From Rickettsiales bacterium (lineage in GTDB: Bacteria; Pseudomonadota; Alphaproteobacteria; Rickettsiales; UBA8987): a DNA stretch of 36,245 nt. Positions within the stretch are counted from its first letter, which is position 1; every line of letters starts with the position of its first letter. Location of the stretch: positions 1 through 36,245 of the forward strand of contig JAHDHN010000003.1 of assembly GCA_020631295.1 (NCBI GenBank), read 5' to 3'. A program made the position numbers and the translations under genes. The notes under the pieces are model-generated. The model had not been told where the DNA came from. It saw only the letters and a program-made list of their open reading frames with translations, and ran no database searches. Positions 27,289 through 36,245 of the stretch are shown here, piece by piece.

Positions 27289-27329
27289 CGCCGTTCTTAT
27301 TGAAAACTTAAGAAAAGAAGGTAATTGTT

Positions 27330-27521
27330 TTGGTATATGTAAGTGTACGTAATAACGATGTAGATCAAGCGCTTCGCAAGCTGAAAAAAGTGATGCAGCG
27401 TGAAGGTATTTTCCGTGAGATGCGCCAACGCAAGGAGTTTGAAAAGCCTTGTGAGAAGCGTAAGCGTAAAAACCAAGAGCAAGAGCGTCGTTACCGCAAA
27501 ACCCGCCGCGCTGACGATTAA
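27330..27521 (+). CDS. rpsU: 30S ribosomal protein S21
   Basis: 63 aa. [37 protein letters not shown] matches S21. TTG start preceded by AAGAAGG. Confidence 0.9.
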   Translation: MVYVSVRNNDVDQALRKLKKVMQREGIFREMRQRKEFEKPCEKRKRKNQEQERRYRKTRRADD

Positions 27522-27589
27522 TTAATAGTATTTCGCGCGCGTCTGTCTTTTCTTGACTTTACTGCAATTTTTTTGCTAAGGCACGCCCC

Positions 27590-28000
27590 ATGGCTATTTC
27601 TTCCATTGAACAACGTTGTATTGATAAAAAGCTGAAAATGACTGATCAGCGTCGTGTGATTGCGCGTGTGCTGGCGGAAGCGGCAGATCATCCGGATGTG
27701 GAAGAAGTATATAACCGCTCTGTAGCGCGTGATCCGCGTATTTCTATTGCTACTGTGTATCGCACGGTGAAGCTATTTGAAGAAAATGATATTATCGAGA
27801 AGCATGATTTTGGTGATGGCCGTGCACGCTATGAAGAAGCGACCGATGAGCATCACGACCATTTGATTGATATTAAATCTGGTAAGGTGATTGAGTTTGT
27901 GCACCCGGATATTGAGCGTTTGCAAAAAGAAATTGCTGAATCATACGGCTATGATTTGGTAGATCACCGCCTTGAGCTTTATGTGGTGCCTAAGGAATAG
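27590..28000 (+). CDS. fur: Fur-family metalloregulator (no CxxC structural-zinc motifs)
   Basis: 136 aa. Winged-helix ISIATVYRTVKLFEENDII. Metal-site HHDHLID where E. coli Fur has HHDHLIC. No cysteine after residue 10. Confidence 0.85.
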   Translation: MAISSIEQRCIDKKLKMTDQRRVIARVLAEAADHPDVEEVYNRSVARDPRISIATVYRTVKLFEENDIIEKHDFGDGRARYEEATDEHHDHLIDIKSGKVIEFVHPDIERLQKEIAESYGYDLVDHRLELYVVPKE

Positions 28001-28033
28001 GTGCTGTTGCATTTATATTCTCTTAATGTAATA

Positions 28034-28119
28034 CGTCATCCCATGGTTTATCCATGGGATCTCTTTTCTGCACGCTGTGCCCTTATTAGAAGATTCCACG
28101 GACATGCCGTGGAATGACG
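28034..28119. repeat. MITE-like palindromic repeat, subfamily 1, compact copy
   Basis: cgtcatcccatggtttatccatgggatctc is identical to 18174-18203. The right hairpin attccacgg-acatg-ccgtggaat is followed by gacg. Lies between fur and miaB. Confidence 0.85.
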
Positions 28120-28148
28120 AGTTTATAGTAAGGTTTTAGTAGCATACT

Positions 28149-29471
28149 ATGTCCAAGAAAATGTACATAAAGACCTATGGCTGTCAGATGAATGTCTATG
28201 ATTCTGAGCAGATGGAAGGCTTGATGCGTAAAGACGGTTTTGCGCTATCTGATTCGTATGAAGATGCTGATTTGGTGGTGCTAAATACCTGTCATATTCG
28301 TGAGAAAGCGGCCGAGAAAGTCTATTCGGAATTGGGCCGTATTCGTGCAGAAAAAGAACGCATGAAAGATGCCGGCAAGCGCATGACCATTGCCGTGGCC
28401 GGTTGCGTGGCGCAAGCCGAAGGTGCAGAGATGAAAAAGCGTGCACCATTCGTGGATATTGTGGTGGGGCCGCAGAGCTACCAACGGTTACCCAAATTGG
28501 TGAATAATTTGGGGCAAGATAATGTAGCGCTGGAATTTGATGCAGAAGACAAGTTTGATCAGCTGCATGAGGAGCAAACAGAAGCCTCTGCCGCCAGTGC
28601 TTTTGTAACCATTCAAGAAGGCTGTGATAAATTTTGCACCTTCTGTGTGGTGCCCTATACGCGCGGTGCGGAATATTCACGGCCAGTTTCGGCCATTTAC
28701 CGTGAGGCGATGCAAAAAGTGGCGCATGGTGCTAAAGAAATTGTGTTGCTGGGCCAAAATGTAAATGCGTATCACGGTGAGGCAGACGGCAACACCTGGA
28801 ATTTGGCAGAGCTGATTGCCCATGTGGCCACCATCAGCGGGTTGGAGCGCATTCGTTACAGCACCTCTCATCCGCGTGATATGGATGAGGCATTGATTCA
28901 TGCGCATGGCACTATTCCAGCCTTGATGCCACATTTGCATTTGCCGGTGCAATCGGGCAGTGATCGTGTGCTGAAAGCCATGAACCGCAAGCATACGGCG
29001 GAAGATTACGTTAAGGTGATAGATGCTTTGCGTGCTGCACGGCCAGATTTGGAGTTATCCTCTGATTTTATTGTGGGCTTTCCAGGTGAAACAGAGGAGG
29101 ATTTTGAAGATACGATGCGCCTGGTAGAGCGCGTGCGTTATGCGCAAGCCTATTCGTTTAAATATTCACCGCGCCCGGGCACGCCAGCGGCTGGCTCTGA
29201 AGATGCTGTGCCAGAAGAGGTAAAACAGGTACGGCTGGAAAAATTGCAGGCCTTGTTGGGAGAACAACAGCAGGACTATAACCAGCAAACGGTGGGCAAA
29301 ACATTGCCGGTATTGATTGAAAAGTCGGGCCGTAAGGCCGGGCAAATTGTGGGTCGCACGCCTTATATGCAATCGGTGCATATGGTGGCTAGCAGCGCGC
29401 TGATTGGCAGCGTACAGCAAGTGGATATTACCGGCCTTACCGGGCACGGGCTAACAGGAGTGGTTATCTAA
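28149..29471 (+). CDS. miaB: tRNA-2-methylthio-N6-dimethylallyladenosine synthase
   Basis: 440 aa. MYIKTYGCQMNVYDSE, radical-SAM CDKFCTFCVVPYTRG, C-terminal TRAM domain. Confidence 0.95.
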   Translation: MSKKMYIKTYGCQMNVYDSEQMEGLMRKDGFALSDSYEDADLVVLNTCHIREKAAEKVYSELGRIRAEKERMKDAGKRMTIAVAGCVAQAEGAEMKKRAPFVDIVVGPQSYQRLPKLVNNLGQDNVALEFDAEDKFDQLHEEQTEASAASAFVTIQEGCDKFCTFCVVPYTRGAEYSRPVSAIYREAMQKVAHGAKEIVLLGQNVNAYHGEADGNTWNLAELIAHVATISGLERIRYSTSHPRDMDEALIHAHGTIPALMPHLHLPVQSGSDRVLKAMNRKHTAEDYVKVIDALRAARPDLELSSDFIVGFPGETEEDFEDTMRLVERVRYAQAYSFKYSPRPGTPAAGSEDAVPEEVKQVRLEKLQALLGEQQQDYNQQTVGKTLPVLIEKSGRKAGQIVGRTPYMQSVHMVASSALIGSVQQVDITGLTGHGLTGVVI

Positions 29472-29472
29472 T

Positions 29473-30450
29473 ATGGCACAATCAATTCTTTCTTTCTCGG
29501 ATAATAGCTTAATGACAGCATTGCTGGGAGAGGGAGATGTGCATTTGGCCATGCTAGAAGAGCAGCTGGAGGTGGAATGCAGCGCGCGTGGGAATCAAAT
29601 TTCCATCAGCGGTGAAGAGCCGGCAGTTACAGCAGCAGAGAAAGCGCTGAAGCGTTATTATGATAAGCTGGAAGGTGGGCAGGAAATGAGCGATGGCGAG
29701 TTTGATGCTGCTATTCGGCATTATGGCGGCAGCTCGTCTGCACGGCTGAAAGATGGCGATGCGCTGAGCATCAAAACACCACGCAAAACCATCACGCCCG
29801 CCACAGAAGGCCAGGCGGCATTTGTAAAAGCCATGCGTAAACATACCATCAGCTTCGGTGCGGGTCCTGCCGGTACGGGTAAGACCTATTTAGCGGTGGC
29901 CATGGCGGTGGAAATGCTGGAGCGTGGTGAGATTGATTCGATTCTACTCTCTCGCCCTGCAGTGGAAGCAGGGGAGAGCTTGGGCTTTTTGCCGGGTGAT
30001 TTGAAGGAAAAGATCGACCCGTATTTGCGCCCGCTTTACGACGCTTTGCATGAAATGTTGGGCAAAGAAAAGGCTGAGGGGCTTATCAGCCGTGGGATTA
30101 TTGAAATCGCGCCGCTGGCCTATATGCGTGGCCGCACCTTAAAGCGCGCGTTTATTATTTTGGATGAAGCGCAGAACACCACGGCTGTGCAGATGAAAAT
30201 GTTCCTAACGCGCATGGGTGAGGGCGCGCGTCTGGCAATTACGGGTGATTTGTCCCAAACCGATATTCCCAGCAATAAAATTTCGGGCCTGCGCGATGCA
30301 ATGAAAAAGCTGGAGGGGATTAAGGGCATTTCTATCACGCGCTTTTCCAGCCAGGATGTGGTGCGCCACCCGCTGGCAGTGAAGATTATTGAAGCCTATG
30401 AAAAGCAAGAGAAATTCAGCCGCTGGAACCGCGGTGATGAGCTTGTCTAG
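29473..30450 (+). CDS. ybeZ: PhoH-like ATPase (YbeZ)
   Basis: 325 aa. Walker A GPAGTGKTYLA. ILDEAQNTT. ITGDLSQTD. Confidence 0.93.
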   Translation: MAQSILSFSDNSLMTALLGEGDVHLAMLEEQLEVECSARGNQISISGEEPAVTAAEKALKRYYDKLEGGQEMSDGEFDAAIRHYGGSSSARLKDGDALSIKTPRKTITPATEGQAAFVKAMRKHTISFGAGPAGTGKTYLAVAMAVEMLERGEIDSILLSRPAVEAGESLGFLPGDLKEKIDPYLRPLYDALHEMLGKEKAEGLISRGIIEIAPLAYMRGRTLKRAFIILDEAQNTTAVQMKMFLTRMGEGARLAITGDLSQTDIPSNKISGLRDAMKKLEGIKGISITRFSSQDVVRHPLAVKIIEAYEKQEKFSRWNRGDELV

Positions 30451-30452
30451 CC

Positions 30453-31808
30453 ATGGCTGGTGCTAACGCACGTTTTACCGAAGGGCCAGAAGGTCGTGCC
30501 ATAGCGCGCATGGCTGTACCAATGACCATTGGCATCATGCTGGTGATTTTGTTCAATGTGGTGGATGCGTTTTTTATTGCACAATTAAGTGAGGCGCATT
30601 TAGCTGCCATCACTTTCACTTTCCCGGTGGTGCTGTTTATTGCGCAGATCACCATGGGGCTGGGCACGGGCGTGTCTTCTGTGATTGCGCGCGCCATTGG
30701 TGGCAATGCCAATTGTATGGAGGGCGATGCGCAGCGCCACACCTTCCACGCGCTGTTATTGGCCATTTCGGTGATTGGTACCTTATGTATAGCGCTGTTT
30801 TTTAGCATTGAGCCTGTGTTTAAGTTATTGGGCGCAAGTGATGAAAATATCGTTATCATTAAGCAATATATGCCTATTTGGTGCGTAGCAGAGCTGTTTG
30901 TGTGCATTCCAATGATGGGGAATTATGTGCTGCGTGCGAAGGGAGACGGCAAAACACCGGCATTGGTCATGTTGGTGGGCGCATTGGTTAATTTGGTGCT
31001 GGACCCGCTATTGATTTTTGGCATTGGGCCATTTCCGCGGTTGGAAGTGCAGGGCGCGGCCATTGCCACGCTGATTGCCTATATGTGCGGTTGTGCCGTG
31101 GGGCTATATGTGTTGATCGTGCGGGAAAAATTGTTGGATAAGCAGTTTATGCAGCTGCAAGGCATGTGGCAGCATTGGAAGCGCTTTTTGCATGTGGGCT
31201 TGCCTTCTGTAGCAACGAATATGATGCTGCCGCTTTCGCAATCGGCACTGGTGGCTATGGTGGCGCGCTATGGTGATGCAGCCATTGCTGCGTTTGGTGC
31301 CGCTGGCCGTTTGGAGGCCTTAATGATTGTGCCTTTTATGGCATTAGGTGCCAGTATTGCACCGTTTATGGGGCAAAATATTGCGGCTAATCAGCATCAG
31401 CGCATGCAGCGCGGCTTTTTCCTATGCAGCCGCTTTTGCTTGCAATGGGGCATTGGTGTGTTGCTGTTATTATGGTTGCTTGCGCCATTCTTGGCTGCTG
31501 CTTTTACCGACACTGCAGAGGCTGCCAGCATCATGCAGCGTTATTTGCGCATTGCGCCGTTCGGGTATGCAGGCATTGGTGTCGCTATTTGCTTCTCCAG
31601 CGCCATGAACGGCATGGGATGCCCTATGCGCGCCACAGCACTCACCTTGCTGCGCAGTATCATCCTGCTCATCCCACTTTCCTATCTCTCTATGCAAATT
31701 TGGGGTGTGCTGGGTATCTTCTTCGCTATCATGGGCGTGCACGCAGCTGTTGGGCTCATGGGATATGTATGGGGCAGGAAGTTGCTTAGATATAGTATTT
31801 TATATTAA
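30453..31808 (+). CDS. MATE family efflux transporter
   Basis: 451 aa, 12 predicted TM helices. The N-terminal FIAQL..AAITFTFP and mid-protein GDGKTPA are typical of MATE/NorM-like pumps. ATG is 2 nt after the phoH-like stop. Confidence 0.85.
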   Translation: MAGANARFTEGPEGRAIARMAVPMTIGIMLVILFNVVDAFFIAQLSEAHLAAITFTFPVVLFIAQITMGLGTGVSSVIARAIGGNANCMEGDAQRHTFHALLLAISVIGTLCIALFFSIEPVFKLLGASDENIVIIKQYMPIWCVAELFVCIPMMGNYVLRAKGDGKTPALVMLVGALVNLVLDPLLIFGIGPFPRLEVQGAAIATLIAYMCGCAVGLYVLIVREKLLDKQFMQLQGMWQHWKRFLHVGLPSVATNMMLPLSQSALVAMVARYGDAAIAAFGAAGRLEALMIVPFMALGASIAPFMGQNIAANQHQRMQRGFFLCSRFCLQWGIGVLLLLWLLAPFLAAAFTDTAEAASIMQRYLRIAPFGYAGIGVAICFSSAMNGMGCPMRATALTLLRSIILLIPLSYLSMQIWGVLGIFFAIMGVHAAVGLMGYVWGRKLLRYSILY

Positions 31809-31956
31809 AGGCAAACAGCAGAATTTTGTGGGCCATACATTCTGGGCGAGAGGCTATTTTGTGTCTACGGTTGGTGCGGATGAGGCAGTTATTCGTTCTT
31901 ACATCCAAAACCAAGAAAAAGAAGACAAGCGTCTCTATGACCTGTTTAACAGGTAA
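31807..31956 (+). pseudogene. tnpA: C-terminal remnant of an IS200/IS605-family Y1 transposase (tnpA)
   Basis: The translated KGKQQNFVGHTFWARGYFVSTVGADEAVIRSYIQNQEKEDKRL matches the conserved C-terminus of IS200 TnpA (HFWARGYF.STVG....I..YI..Q.EEDK). The N-terminal ~100 aa, including the catalytic HUH and Tyr regions, are absent. Confidence 0.8.
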
Positions 31957-32022
31957 TAAGTAACAAAAACCGCTTCGAGCGGTTCAAGCGAAGCGTCTCA
32001 AACCTCCACTTCTAGTGGAGGT
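31807..32022 (+). mobile_element. truncated IS200/IS605-like element (tnpA remnant plus right-end hairpins)
   Basis: Downstream of the tnpA remnant are the hairpins accgc-ttcga-gcggt (31969-31983) and a perfect 9-bp stem acctccact-tct-agtggaggt (32002-32022). This fits the subterminal hairpins used by this IS family. Confidence 0.6.
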
Positions 32023-32116
32023 ATATGGCTGAAACGACTGTACCATCACGCGGGTGGCATAATAGATCCGCAAATAGCGCCTAGTGCCCCTTCCAGGATG
32101 ACGCAATGATGTTTGA

Positions 32117-33733
32117 CTACTTAATTTTCGGAGGTGTTTCAAATGTGTGGAACGGAGGAGGTGAACTCACTGTCCACTCCAATGTTTTTTCCACTTTAAT
32201 ATCCCAAGGGTTGTCGCCTGCTTTTCTACCAAATGCTAGCGTGTGGAAAATAATATACACAAATAACAGTGCAGAACCAAAGGCCAAGATAGCGCCCCAA
32301 GAGGAGATCATGTTCCAGCCCGCAAACGCATCTGGGTAGTCTACATAGCGACGAGGCATGCCCGCTAAGCCCAAGAAATGCTGTGGGAAGAAGGTAATGT
32401 TCGTGCTGATGAAGGTAATCCAGAAATGCAGCTTGCCCATCCATTCTGGATATTGCTTGCCGCTGATTTTACCAAACCAGTAGAAGAAACCAGCATAGGC
32501 TGCAAATAACGCACCTAAAGACATTACATAGTGGAAATGCGCAATCACATAATAGCTGTTATGCAATGTGGTGGTAACGCCCGCATTGGCCAAAATTACG
32601 CCCGTTACACCGCCAAAGGTGAAGACAAACAAGAAACCAACTGCATAAAGCATGGGTGTGGTGAAACGAATAGAACCGCCCCACATGGTCGCTAGCCAGC
32701 TGAAGATTTTTGCACCGGTTGGGATGGCAATTACCATGGTAGCTGCTGCAAAATAGGCCTTGGCATTTACACTTAAACCTACGGTAAACATATGGTGCGC
32801 CCACACTAGCATACCAATAATCCCGATAATACCCATGGCGCCTACCATGATAGGGTAACCAAAGGCCTTTTTGCCAGAGAAGGTGGCAATCACATGGCTG
32901 ATAATACCAAAGCCAGGCAGGATGATGATATATACTTCCGGATGGCCAAAGAACCAGAATAAATGCTGGAAGAGCACAGGATCACCGCCGCCTGCAGGTT
33001 CAAAGAAGCTAGTGCCGAAGTTACGGTCGGTCAGTACCATGGTAATGGCGCCGCCAAGCACGGGCAGCGTGGTTACTAGCAAGAAGGCAGTAAATAAAAT
33101 AGACCACACGAAAAGCGGCATTTTGCCCAAGCTCATGCCAGGTGTGCGCATGTTGAAGATCGTTACGATAAAATTAATGGCGCCCAAAATGGAAGACGCG
33201 CCGGCTAAGTGCAGGCTTAAAATAGCCATGTCCACAGCCATCCCAGGCTGATAGGTGCTGTTGGCGAGCGGTACATATAAGGTCCAGCCCACACCGGCAC
33301 CGCCATCCACAAAGCTAGAGCCAATGAGTAAGAAAAATGCCATTACAAGCAGCCAGAAACTAATATTATTCAGGCGAGGGAAGGCCATGTCTGGTGCGCC
33401 GATCATCAGCGGCACAAACCAGTTGCCAAACCCACCTGTTAAGGCTGGCATGATCATAAAGAATACCATTACCAGCGCGTGGGCGGTGATCAACACATTA
33501 TAGAATTGATACGCATCTTCTGGCGTTACCGCCTCCGGATTAGCAGAAAGCATGCGCAATAGACCAGGCAAGAATTGTACGCCTGGCTCCAGCAGCTCAA
33601 TACGGAATAATACCGACATACCGGCTCCCACAATACCGCCAATAATGGCAAAGATGAGGTATAACGTACCAATATCCTTGTGATTCGTTGAAAAAAGCCA
33701 GCGGCTTAAGCCTTTGGGAGTATGATCTGCCAT
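32117..33733 (-). CDS. ctaD: cytochrome c oxidase subunit I (aa3-type)
   Basis: 538 aa. [39 protein letters not shown] and HFHYV histidine ligand motifs. Confidence 0.97.
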   Translation of the reverse strand: MADHTPKGLSRWLFSTNHKDIGTLYLIFAIIGGIVGAGMSVLFRIELLEPGVQFLPGLLRMLSANPEAVTPEDAYQFYNVLITAHALVMVFFMIMPALTGGFGNWFVPLMIGAPDMAFPRLNNISFWLLVMAFFLLIGSSFVDGGAGVGWTLYVPLANSTYQPGMAVDMAILSLHLAGASSILGAINFIVTIFNMRTPGMSLGKMPLFVWSILFTAFLLVTTLPVLGGAITMVLTDRNFGTSFFEPAGGGDPVLFQHLFWFFGHPEVYIIILPGFGIISHVIATFSGKKAFGYPIMVGAMGIIGIIGMLVWAHHMFTVGLSVNAKAYFAAATMVIAIPTGAKIFSWLATMWGGSIRFTTPMLYAVGFLFVFTFGGVTGVILANAGVTTTLHNSYYVIAHFHYVMSLGALFAAYAGFFYWFGKISGKQYPEWMGKLHFWITFISTNITFFPQHFLGLAGMPRRYVDYPDAFAGWNMISSWGAILAFGSALLFVYIIFHTLAFGRKAGDNPWDIKVEKTLEWTVSSPPPFHTFETPPKIK

Positions 33734-33749
33734 GATTGCGTGTCCTACC

Positions 33750-34541
33750 TTAGTTTTCGATGATTTCGTATGTGTTTTTCGCTTGCGCTACCCATGCGTT
33801 GAATTCTGCTTCTTCTACCGCACGGATTTTGATCGGCATAAAGGCGTGCTTCACACCACAAATCTGATTACATTGCCCGTAATACACACCAGGCTCGCTG
33901 ATCTCCAGCCAGGTTTCATTCAGGCGGCCAGGGATGGTATAGGTCTGCACAGCCAAAGATGGGATATACCAAGAGTGGATTACATCCGCACCAGCAAGCA
34001 GCACTTGTACCTTTTTGTTCACTGGCAGTACCACTTCATGGTCTACATCCAGAAGGTAAATGTCACCCTCTTTCAGCTCTTCTTTTTCCAGCATATAGCT
34101 AGAGAAGGTGAAATTGCCGTTATCCGGGTAGCTATATTGCCAATACCATTGGCGGCCTACCACTTTTAGCGTTAGGTCCGGCTCTGCCACCTTGTCTTGC
34201 GCATAAATAATCTTAATAGACGGGATGGCCAATGCCGCCAGGAGGAGTGTTGGAATTACAATCCAAATAACCTCCAGCTTGGTGTTATGCGAGAAAGTAG
34301 CTGCCTTAGGATTGTTTTTAGCACTGTAACGAATGCAAATATAAATAATAAGGCCAAGTACTAGCAAGCTGATAGCTAACATGATCCACATAAGCAGGTT
34401 ATGGAAGGTTTGCACATCTTCCGCCAAAGGTGATGCAGGCTGAGGATACAGCATTTGCCAAGGCTCCGGGGCCGTGGCCCAAAGCGGTGAAACACATAAT
34501 GCAATAAAGAAAGTAATAATAGTACGCACAAACAGCCTCAT
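33750..34541 (-). CDS. ctaC: cytochrome c oxidase subunit II
   Basis: 263 aa. Two N-terminal TM helices. CuA site DVIHSW ... [14 protein letters not shown]. Confidence 0.95.
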   Translation of the reverse strand: MRLFVRTIITFFIALCVSPLWATAPEPWQMLYPQPASPLAEDVQTFHNLLMWIMLAISLLVLGLIIYICIRYSAKNNPKAATFSHNTKLEVIWIVIPTLLLAALAIPSIKIIYAQDKVAEPDLTLKVVGRQWYWQYSYPDNGNFTFSSYMLEKEELKEGDIYLLDVDHEVVLPVNKKVQVLLAGADVIHSWYIPSLAVQTYTIPGRLNETWLEISEPGVYYGQCNQICGVKHAFMPIKIRAVEEAEFNAWVAQAKNTYEIIEN

Positions 34542-34611
34542 TTATAAATTGCTTATCAACGAAAACTCTATAGAACTCTGTGCTTAACTAACAAGCAAAA
34601 AAGCAACATTC

Positions 34612-36024
34612 GTGACCAATTTTTTTACCACCCATGCCTTACCCCAACAACAATTAGCCCAAGCTACGGAAGAAGCCTTGCATGGCTTTGAGGATGGTGA
34701 GTTGTTTTTGGAGCATCATGTGTCTGAATCATTGGTGCTAGATGATGGTGTGGTGAAGACCATGTCGAAAGATACAAGCTGTGGCTTTGGCCTGCGCGGT
34801 GTGGTGGGCGAACAATCGGCCTATGCGCATGCCAGCCAAATTGATGTGCCGATGTTGCAACAGGCGGCAGATACGATTGCACCGCTAAAAAACGGCTATG
34901 ATGGTGGTAAAGCACAGTCGGTAAAATTATCTTCCCGTGCGCCTTTATATGCGCAAACGCCAGAGGCCTGGCCGCTGTTGGAGGCGCGCGTGGCGTTGCT
35001 GCAGAATATTGATGCCTATGTACGTGGTAAAGAGCCGCTGACCAAGCAGGTGAGTGTGAGCTTATATGTGGAAGAGCAGCAAGTGCATATTATGCGTATT
35101 ACTGGTGAAGAAATGGGTGATGTACGCCCGCTGGTGCGCCTAAATATAAGTGTGGTGCTGGAACGCGATGGCCGCATGGAGCGTGGCTCTTATGGCAGCG
35201 GTGGGCGCTATGATGTGAGCGCGCTGATGGAAGAATTGCGCTGGAAGCAAGGCGCAGATGAGGCGCTGCGTGCTGCGCGTGTGAATTTAGAATCTATCGC
35301 CGCACCAGCAGGGGAAATGGAAGTGGTGCTGGGCGCCGGTTGGCCAGGTGTGCTACTGCATGAGGCTGTGGGGCATGGCTTAGAAGGTGATTTTAACCGC
35401 AAAGGCACCAGCGCGTTTGCTGGCCTGATGGGGCAGCAAGTGGCGGCCAAGGGCGTGACGGTGGTGGATAACGGCACCATTGCAGACCGCCGCGGCAGTA
35501 TTAATATTGATGATGAAGGCACAGAAAGTGGCAACACCACCTTAATTGAGGACGGCATTCTCACCGGCTATATGTTTGACCGGCAAAATGCACGGCTAAT
35601 GGGCACAGAGTCTACGGGCAATGGCCGCCGTGAGAGCTATGAATATCAGCCCATGCCGCGCATGACCAATACTTATATGTTAGAAGGCAATAGCAGCCAG
35701 GAAGAGATGATTGCGAATGTGAAGAAGGGCGTGTTTGCTGCCAATTTTGGTGGCGGGCAGGTGGATATCACTAACGGAAAATTTGTGTTCTCTGCCACAG
35801 AGGCCTATCTGATTGAAGACGGCAAAATCACCGCGCCGATCAAAGGCGCAACATTAATGGGCAATGGGCCAGACTGTTTGACTAAAATCAAGGCCGTGGG
35901 CAATGATTTGAAACTGGATGAGGGCGTGGGTACCTGCGGCAAAGACGGCCAAAGCGTGCCTGTGGGCGTGGGGCAACCAAGCCTGCACTTAAGCAGCCTC
36001 ACGGTGGGCGGCACAGAGGGTTAG
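34612..36024 (+). CDS. tldD: metalloprotease TldD
   Basis: 470 aa. HEAVGHGLEGDF zinc motif. GNGRRESY. C-terminal CGKDGQSVPVG. GTG start. Divergent from ctaC. Confidence 0.93.
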   Translation: MTNFFTTHALPQQQLAQATEEALHGFEDGELFLEHHVSESLVLDDGVVKTMSKDTSCGFGLRGVVGEQSAYAHASQIDVPMLQQAADTIAPLKNGYDGGKAQSVKLSSRAPLYAQTPEAWPLLEARVALLQNIDAYVRGKEPLTKQVSVSLYVEEQQVHIMRITGEEMGDVRPLVRLNISVVLERDGRMERGSYGSGGRYDVSALMEELRWKQGADEALRAARVNLESIAAPAGEMEVVLGAGWPGVLLHEAVGHGLEGDFNRKGTSAFAGLMGQQVAAKGVTVVDNGTIADRRGSINIDDEGTESGNTTLIEDGILTGYMFDRQNARLMGTESTGNGRRESYEYQPMPRMTNTYMLEGNSSQEEMIANVKKGVFAANFGGGQVDITNGKFVFSATEAYLIEDGKITAPIKGATLMGNGPDCLTKIKAVGNDLKLDEGVGTCGKDGQSVPVGVGQPSLHLSSLTVGGTEG

Positions 36025-36047
36025 GTAGTATAGCTATACTTACCTTT
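36024..36047 (+). terminator. possible terminator hairpin after tldD
   Basis: ggtagtatag / ctatacttacc, with a perfect 12-bp palindromic core gtatagctatac, followed by TTTG. Confidence 0.35.
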
Positions 36048-36059
36048 GTAATTAATAGA

Positions 36060-36207
36060 GCATAATTAACGATACAGCGTCATGCCGCGACTTGTTCGCG
36101 GTATCCAGAGCCACAAGAGAGAGCTTGCCACATAGCCCTGGCCGCGCCAGCCGAAGCTTTATGCGTAGGCTAGACCCCGTGGTCAAGCCACAGGGTGTTA
36201 ATTATGC
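36060..36207. repeat. MITE-like palindromic repeat, subfamily 2, copy with intact 11-bp termini gcataattaac / gttaattatgc
   Basis: The left 24 nt gcataattaacgatacagcgtcat is the reverse complement of 27204-27227. Left hairpin gccgcga-cttgt-tcgcggt. It shares the 21-nt block cgcggtatccagagccacaaga. Right hairpin ccccgtggtc-aagccacaggg. Confidence 0.85.
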
Positions 36208-36245
36208 AGATTACTATTAAACTTCCCTGACACCTCTCTAACCAT

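Noticed and set aside
32040-32112. ccaggatgacgc, resembling the gggatgacgc terminus of the repeat family, downstream of ctaD
   Set aside because: Only about 10 nt match, and there is no adjacent hairpin module. That is too short to separate from chance.
1-36245. CRISPR arrays, tRNA, rRNA or tmRNA genes
   Set aside because: The intergenic regions were read on both strands. The repeats present are dispersed and palindromic, not regularly spaced direct repeats, and I saw no cloverleaf-like or rRNA-like sequence. A dedicated tRNA or covariance-model scan would be needed to confirm this.

Overview
This 36.2-kb window looks like a mostly housekeeping chromosomal segment, probably alphaproteobacterial. 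That placement is an inference from gene content: ctaC-ctaD divergent from tldD, etfBA next to a HIG1-type twin-TM protein, rodZ-ispG, a one-cysteine DksA and a cysteine-free Fur. I support 36 intact CDSs. They cover the TCA cycle and energy metabolism (gltA, fumC, acs, etfBA, ctaCD). They also cover translation (the rpsB-tsf-pyrH-frr-uppS cluster, rpsU, miaB, trhO), the envelope (murJ, rodZ, yggT) and regulators (dksA, fur). I saw no rRNA, tRNA or CRISPR array in the intergenic regions. Three things stand out. (1) A visibly A+T-rich five-gene island lies at 4.1-10.1 kb. On one strand it has a GNAT/LuxI-like acyltransferase-fold protein, a TonB-dependent receptor and a YfiR/DUF4154 periplasmic protein. 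On the other it has a CHASE8-like HAMP histidine kinase and a response regulator whose output domain is an RsbW/SpoIIAB-like serine-kinase module. This is my best candidate for an uncharacterised envelope-to-partner-switching signalling system. (2) A modular, hairpin-built MITE-like repeat family (cgtcat...atgacg termini) has at least four clear and two degenerate copies. All are intergenic. One copy carries a nested insertion, and a 16-bp palindrome at the regulator/mutT junction equals the fused termini of one subfamily. (3) There are local synteny breaks. An orphan XRE/CI-like repressor and a separate 24-bp-TIR element follow uppS, where cdsA is expected. A MATE pump and an IS200/IS605 tnpA remnant sit between phoH and ctaD. 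All calls come from reading the translations and the sequence by eye; no searches or statistics were run.
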